The position numbers and the translations under genes are program-made. Below, piece by piece: positions 35,357 to 39,817 of a stretch of 39,817 nt of DNA (position 1 is the stretch's first letter; every line of letters starts with the position of its first letter). The stretch spans positions 1-39,817 of the forward strand of contig JBLWVX010000023.1 in NCBI GenBank assembly GCA_048268245.1, read 5' to 3'. This DNA comes from Arcobacteraceae bacterium. GTDB taxonomy: Bacteria > Campylobacterota > Campylobacteria > Campylobacterales > Arcobacteraceae. The notes below the pieces were generated by a model. The model searched no databases and had not been told where the DNA came from. It saw only the letters and a list, made by a program, of their open reading frames with translations.

Positions 35357-36593
35357 GTTTAAAATCCTCTTTTAGTGCATCTTTTGAGCTGTTATGTACA
35401 TCATAACCTAACTCTTTGAATCTCTCAACTAGTGGTGGATGAGAATAGTAAAAGAAAATATAAATAGGATGAGATAAAGGAAATGATTTATTTTCATTTG
35501 CAAGTTTTAACAATGCATTTACTAAATCATTTTTAGATTGTAAGTTTGAACCAAACTCATCTGCTGCATACTCATTGTGTCTTGAAATAAGAGAAATAAG
35601 TGGCATTAAGAAAAATGATAAAATTGGTGAAAAAATCATAAAAATAGCTATTATTGCTGCTGGTTCTTGATTTAATGATAAACCTAAAAATAATTCTTCT
35701 GGTAAATTTCCAAAAATAGCAAAGAAAATAAACATAACAACACCCATAATTCCTATATTTTTTAATATATCGCCATTTTTAAAGTGTCCTAATTCATGTC
35801 CTAATACAGCAAGTAATTCATTGTGAGTTAATTTTTCAACTAATGTATCAAATAAAACAACTCTTTTTGTACTTCCTAATCCACCAAAATAAGCATTTAA
35901 TCTATTGTCTCTTTTACTTGCATCTACTGAGAAAACTCCTGAACTTTTAAACCCAACTTCATCAAGTAATCTTTCAATTTTACTTTCTAAATCTTTATCT
36001 TTTAAAGGCTCAAATTTATCAAACATTTTATCTCTAACTAATGGATAAACCATATTTATGATAATAATTACAGCAAAAATAAAAGCAAATCCCCAAATCC
36101 ACCATGATGGTAAGTTTTCAATAATAAGTGAAATACCAGCAATAACAATTGAACCAAATAATAAGAAAAGAATACCTGTTTTTATAGTATCTTTTATAAA
36201 TAGTGAGCTTGTCATATTTGAGAAACCATACTTTTTATCTAATTTAAAAGTTTTATATAAATCAAAAGGTAAAGTTAAAACCCAATTTATAATAATAAAT
36301 AAATCAACAAAAACTACAGCTTTTAGCCAAGCTTGTTCAATTATAACTAGTGAATCTAAAAATGATAGACCAAAATCAATCCACATAAAGAATATAATAA
36401 AGTCATAAAATGACGATACAATTGATAACTTTTCTTTTTCAATTGAATAATTTGCAGCTTCATGGTACTTACTTCCATCTAAAATGATAGGCTCTAAATT
36501 TCTTGCATTTTTTACATAGCCTACTTGCATAAATGATGTGTATATATTTAAAGCAAAATATAAACAATATGCCATCACAAAAATCTCTAACAC
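35346..36593 (-). CDS. M48 family (Ste24-like) membrane zinc metalloprotease
   Basis: NAYFGG, HELGH, EYAADEF, SHPPLVER; GTG start. Confidence 0.94.
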   Translation of the reverse strand: MLEIFVMAYCLYFALNIYTSFMQVGYVKNARNLEPIILDGSKYHEAANYSIEKEKLSIVSSFYDFIIFFMWIDFGLSFLDSLVIIEQAWLKAVVFVDLFIIINWVLTLPFDLYKTFKLDKKYGFSNMTSSLFIKDTIKTGILFLLFGSIVIAGISLIIENLPSWWIWGFAFIFAVIIIINMVYPLVRDKMFDKFEPLKDKDLESKIERLLDEVGFKSSGVFSVDASKRDNRLNAYFGGLGSTKRVVLFDTLVEKLTHNELLAVLGHELGHFKNGDILKNIGIMGVVMFIFFAIFGNLPEELFLGLSLNQEPAAIIAIFMIFSPILSFFLMPLISLISRHNEYAADEFGSNLQSKNDLVNALLKLANENKSFPLSHPIYIFFYYSHPPLVERFKELGYDVHNSSKDALKEDFKLDE

Positions 36594-36664
36594 GTATAAT
36601 CCTTCTAATGTATTAATATTATTTATATTACTATTTTATTGCTTTTAATTTAGTAAAGATATCT

Positions 36665-37669
36665 TTACTCATTATCAATATCTTCTGTATACACCTCTAT
36701 TCTATTTCTTCCATTTCTTTTTGCTTCATATAGTGCTAAATCTGCTTTGTGAAGTAAACTATTTAAATCACTTTCATTTGAACTTAAAACACTTATACCT
36801 ATAGATACAGTAAACTTAACTCTTTTTTTCTCTACTGAGCAATACTCTAAAGCCTCAATCTCACTTCTTATATGCTCAGCTACTTTTTTTGCACCTCTTA
36901 TTGAAGTATTTGGTAAAATAGCTGCAAACTCTTCACCACCTAGTCTACCAAATACATCACTTTTTCTAAACAAACCTTGAGTTGTTTGAGCCATAAGTTT
37001 TAGTATCTCATCTCCTATTTTATGTCCATAGTTATCATTTATTAATTTGAATTTATCAATATCTATCATTAAAGCCGCAAGACTTTTCTTTTCTCTTCTG
37101 TTATATGAAATCATTGGAGTGCATGATTCAAAAAAGCTTCTTCTATTTTTTACACCAGTAAGTGAGTCTGTAGTAGCTAAAATATTTAGTTTTACATTTA
37201 TGTTGTTTAATTCTTTTGTTCTTTTATCGACTGCTGATTCAAGAACCCTTTGATACTCTTTTAGTCTTCGTTCTTGAGCATTTAATTTAATAGCTTCTAA
37301 AACCATAAATTCAAAATCTACTTTTTTTAAAGTTCTTGGAATAATCTTATATATTGAAGCTTCATTTATAACTTTTTCTAATGCATCAGCTTTTACAACA
37401 TCTTTAAAAATAATATTTTTAGTATTTGGAGAGTTTTTATATAATTCTAAAAGAAAATCATCATAACGTAAAATTGAATTATTATTACCATTTATAGTTA
37501 TTAGGATTTCATTTCCAGCAATTATATTATTGAAACAGCCTATAAGTGCTTGTTCTGCATTTATATAACTTTCAATAATATAATCACTATCCACTATACG
37601 TGAAAGTTTATTATAAAGTTCATCTAGTATCTCAACATTGTTATCTATACAGGCTATTATATATTTCAT
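36665..37669 (-). CDS. Diguanylate cyclase with a degenerate receiver domain (GGEEF, RxxD I-site present)
   Basis: TDSLTG..NRR, DIDKFK.INDNYGH, RKSD-VFGRLGGEEF; N-terminal REC-like fold. Confidence 0.9.
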   Translation of the reverse strand: MKYIIACIDNNVEILDELYNKLSRIVDSDYIIESYINAEQALIGCFNNIIAGNEILITINGNNNSILRYDDFLLELYKNSPNTKNIIFKDVVKADALEKVINEASIYKIIPRTLKKVDFEFMVLEAIKLNAQERRLKEYQRVLESAVDKRTKELNNINVKLNILATTDSLTGVKNRRSFFESCTPMISYNRREKKSLAALMIDIDKFKLINDNYGHKIGDEILKLMAQTTQGLFRKSDVFGRLGGEEFAAILPNTSIRGAKKVAEHIRSEIEALEYCSVEKKRVKFTVSIGISVLSSNESDLNSLLHKADLALYEAKRNGRNRIEVYTEDIDNE

Positions 37670-37744
37670 CTTTTACTCCAAAGGTGAAATATTAGCCAAT
37701 TAAATTTTAAAACTAAATATAACTTTTAAAGTTTTTTTTACTCT

Positions 37745-38257
37745 TTAGTCAAACTTTTCTACAAACTTTTTTGACTTTTCAATTATTTTATTATCACTTG
37801 TAAATAAAATAACTTCATAGTTATCAGCAAAAGAGTCTTTTGTCCAGTTTGTACTTCCTAAAACTAATAGTTTTTCATCAAATATAGCTATCTTTGTATG
37901 TAGTTTCTTATCAGCTATGATTGTTTTAATACCACTTTTTTTAAGCATTTTATATATTTCATCATCTTTTTTTACTTTTGATTCATCAAAAATAACTGTG
38001 ATTTTAATTTTTTCTTTTGATTTTTTCACTAACTGTTTTGCAAATTTTTTATAAGAAAAATTGTACATAGAAATATAAATACTGCTCTTTGATTGCTTAA
38101 TTAAATCTACTATTTTATCTTTTGTTTTATCTGCATACTTTGGTAAAAAGTAGATTTCATTTGTATCTTTTAGTAAAAAAGCATCCTTTGAAAAAGCAAA
38201 ACCACTAACTAAAACTAATAAAAGCAAACATCTTAAAACTATATTATTTTTCATCAT
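37745..38257 (-). CDS. Secreted phospholipase D-like (single HKD, Nuc-type) protein
   Basis: Signal peptide; LHTKIAIFD......GSTNWT......NYE. Confidence 0.85.
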   Translation of the reverse strand: MMKNNIVLRCLLLLVLVSGFAFSKDAFLLKDTNEIYFLPKYADKTKDKIVDLIKQSKSSIYISMYNFSYKKFAKQLVKKSKEKIKITVIFDESKVKKDDEIYKMLKKSGIKTIIADKKLHTKIAIFDEKLLVLGSTNWTKDSFADNYEVILFTSDNKIIEKSKKFVEKFD

Positions 38258-38618
38258 CTAAAACCTCAAGGATCTCTTTTGGTATTTTTGTTGGTTTAAA
38301 GTTTTTTAAATAAGCTAGTTTAAATGACCCTTTAAACAAAACCTCTCCATCTCTTAAAACTTCTTGGTACATCACAACAGAAGCAGCTTTTTTTTGCGTA
38401 AGCTTGCAAGTAACAAGCAAATCATCTCCAAATATAGCAGACTTTATATAATCAGCTTCCACATGCTTAACCACTAAAAACTCATCATCTTGATGAGGAG
38501 ATAATCCTCTTTTGAAAAAAAGCTCAGACCTAGCTCTCTCACAAAACTTCAAATAGTTAGCATGATAAACAACACCACCTACATCCGTGTCCTCATAATA
38601 TACTTTTATATTTAACAC
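38244..38618 (-). CDS. ybgC: YbgC-family acyl-CoA thioesterase
   Basis: KVYYEDTDVGGVVYHANYLKFCERAR. Confidence 0.92.
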   Translation of the reverse strand: MLNIKVYYEDTDVGGVVYHANYLKFCERARSELFFKRGLSPHQDDEFLVVKHVEADYIKSAIFGDDLLVTCKLTQKKAASVVMYQEVLRDGEVLFKGSFKLAYLKNFKPTKIPKEILEVLDDEK

Positions 38619-38940
38619 ATAAACTTCCTAGTAATAATCTATAATTTTGTAATTATACATCTGTGTTTCTTTGATATATGTTTTATTTTCAGTTTTTAAT
38701 TAATTTAGCTGAAATATAATGACAAGAAATATATATTTAAGTAGCAAAACTGCACACTAAAATAGAAATTTTGAAATTTGTTTGATTTTGTATTTAATCT
38801 ATAAAGGACTATGGACTTTGTTTATTAGAATAATTTAGATAAAATTATTATTTAGTCTGGATAAAGAATCATATTTTTGTTATCTCAATTAAAATGTGAT
38901 TTATAAATAAACAAGATAATTATACAGTTTTTCTGAATAA

Positions 38941-39279
38941 ATGTCAATAGGAAATACAGAATTTATGAATAAATTTGAAATAATAGTAAAAAAATTAAAG
39001 AAAGCCCTTAATATAAGTACCGATAAAGAACTAGCAATAAAGCTTAATATGTCTGTAACCACATTTAGTGAAAGAAAACGGACAAATTCAATACCAAATA
39101 ACGAAATTATTGAACTATGTATTTCAGAAAAACTGGATTTAAACGAAATTTATTCAGAAAGTGTGAATACAATAAAAGTTGACTATAAATTGGAAATAAT
39201 CAATAATTTAGAAAAACTAAATGAACAACAAATCAAATATATTTACCACCTAACAGAAGCAGAAAAACTAAAACAATAA
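38941..39279 (+). CDS. Phage CI-repressor-like HTH protein (start may be the second Met)
   Basis: LKKALNISTDKELAIKLNMSVTTFSERKRTNSIP...C...LDLNEI pattern. Confidence 0.75.
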   Translation: MSIGNTEFMNKFEIIVKKLKKALNISTDKELAIKLNMSVTTFSERKRTNSIPNNEIIELCISEKLDLNEIYSESVNTIKVDYKLEIINNLEKLNEQQIKYIYHLTEAEKLKQ

Positions 39280-39417
39280 TCAAATAATAATTGTATATCT
39301 TTCACAATCCTGTAAAATATACAATTAAGAGCCATATACTCCTGAATAAATCTAATTAAAATCTAATTACTTTTTTTATAGTATAAAAAATAACTTATTA
39401 AATATGGAGATTATAAA

Positions 39418-39817
39418 GTGGAAAAGAAAAGTATTTTTTTATTAGTTAGTTTAGTTGCTGTATATAGTATTACTTTTATAATATATAAAATAAATATTGA
39501 TTTAATATTCATGGGAATATCTACATTAGTATTTGGTTCATTAATTTCTGCCTTTATATATGAAAAAATGAAATATAATGAAGAAATAAATCAGATAAAA
39601 AATTATGATAGTTATATAAAAAAAGAAGTATTAAAAAACGTATTTGAAATAAAGAAATTTAGAGCTGATTTTTTACACAAAACTTTTAGATATGGTCTAG
39701 TGTCAGCAGTTGGTTTTTATTTATTTATATTTAATCACTATAAACAAAATAATAGTGAACTTATTCAAATTATGAGTTTAGTACATAACGACATTCTATT
39801 TAAAGCAGGTATATACA
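39418..39817 (+). CDS. Hypothetical membrane protein, partial (runs off the window end)
   Basis: GGAG RBS (39406-39409), GTG start, frame MEKKSIFLLVSLVAVYSITFII... open to the end with hydrophobic segments. Confidence 0.65.
   Translation, partial: MEKKSIFLLVSLVAVYSITFIIYKINIDLIFMGISTLVFGSLISAFIYEKMKYNEEINQIKNYDSYIKKEVLKNVFEIKKFRADFLHKTFRYGLVSAVGFYLFIFNHYKQNNSELIQIMSLVHNDILFKAGIY

Noticed and set aside
2273..37253. Antisense ORFs in the track (2273, 3944, 6449, 7028, 10454, 12677, 16158, 16399, 21399, 22172, 24488, 24671, 27895, 28675, 30940, 31783, 34275, 36058, 37047)
   Set aside because: They lie opposite well-supported genes, show no recognisable motifs and look like shadow frames
34013..38257. 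RmuC plus PLD nuclease plus M48 protease as an anti-phage system
   Set aside because: These are widespread housekeeping-type genes in core context, not one operon, and the PLD has an export signal

Overview
Very AT-rich bacterial chromosomal segment. The gene content and the order 6S RNA-purD-RDD-lptD-PRT-pnp point to Campylobacterota, most likely Arcobacteraceae (inference). Most of the window is core genome on the minus strand: a cheY-cheA-cheR-cheD-cheB cluster, pnp, lptD, purD, hemD, der, hpf, ftsK, lpxD, ilvI/ilvH, ppx, ttcA, rmuC and ybgC. It also holds moeA, trxC, two SulP transporters and two GGDEF proteins. Features missing from the ORF track: a 6S RNA candidate upstream of purD; a perfect 36-bp inverted repeat at the left edge; a PAS-sensor pseudogene fused to a deleted IS256 relic; a 105-aa putative DNA-binding ORF and a 61-codon N-terminal extension of ftsK, both apparently starting at ATA; and a partial membrane-protein ORF at the right edge after a CI-like HTH gene. 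The least explained modules are a SprA-like HExxH protein paired with a miniature flagellar axial-like protein, an orphan short flagellin-like gene, and a CheW/MCP-less chemosensory cluster with repeated acidic-aromatic motifs. No CRISPR array, tRNA, rRNA or intact mobile element was seen. All family calls come from motif recognition by eye, not from database searches.
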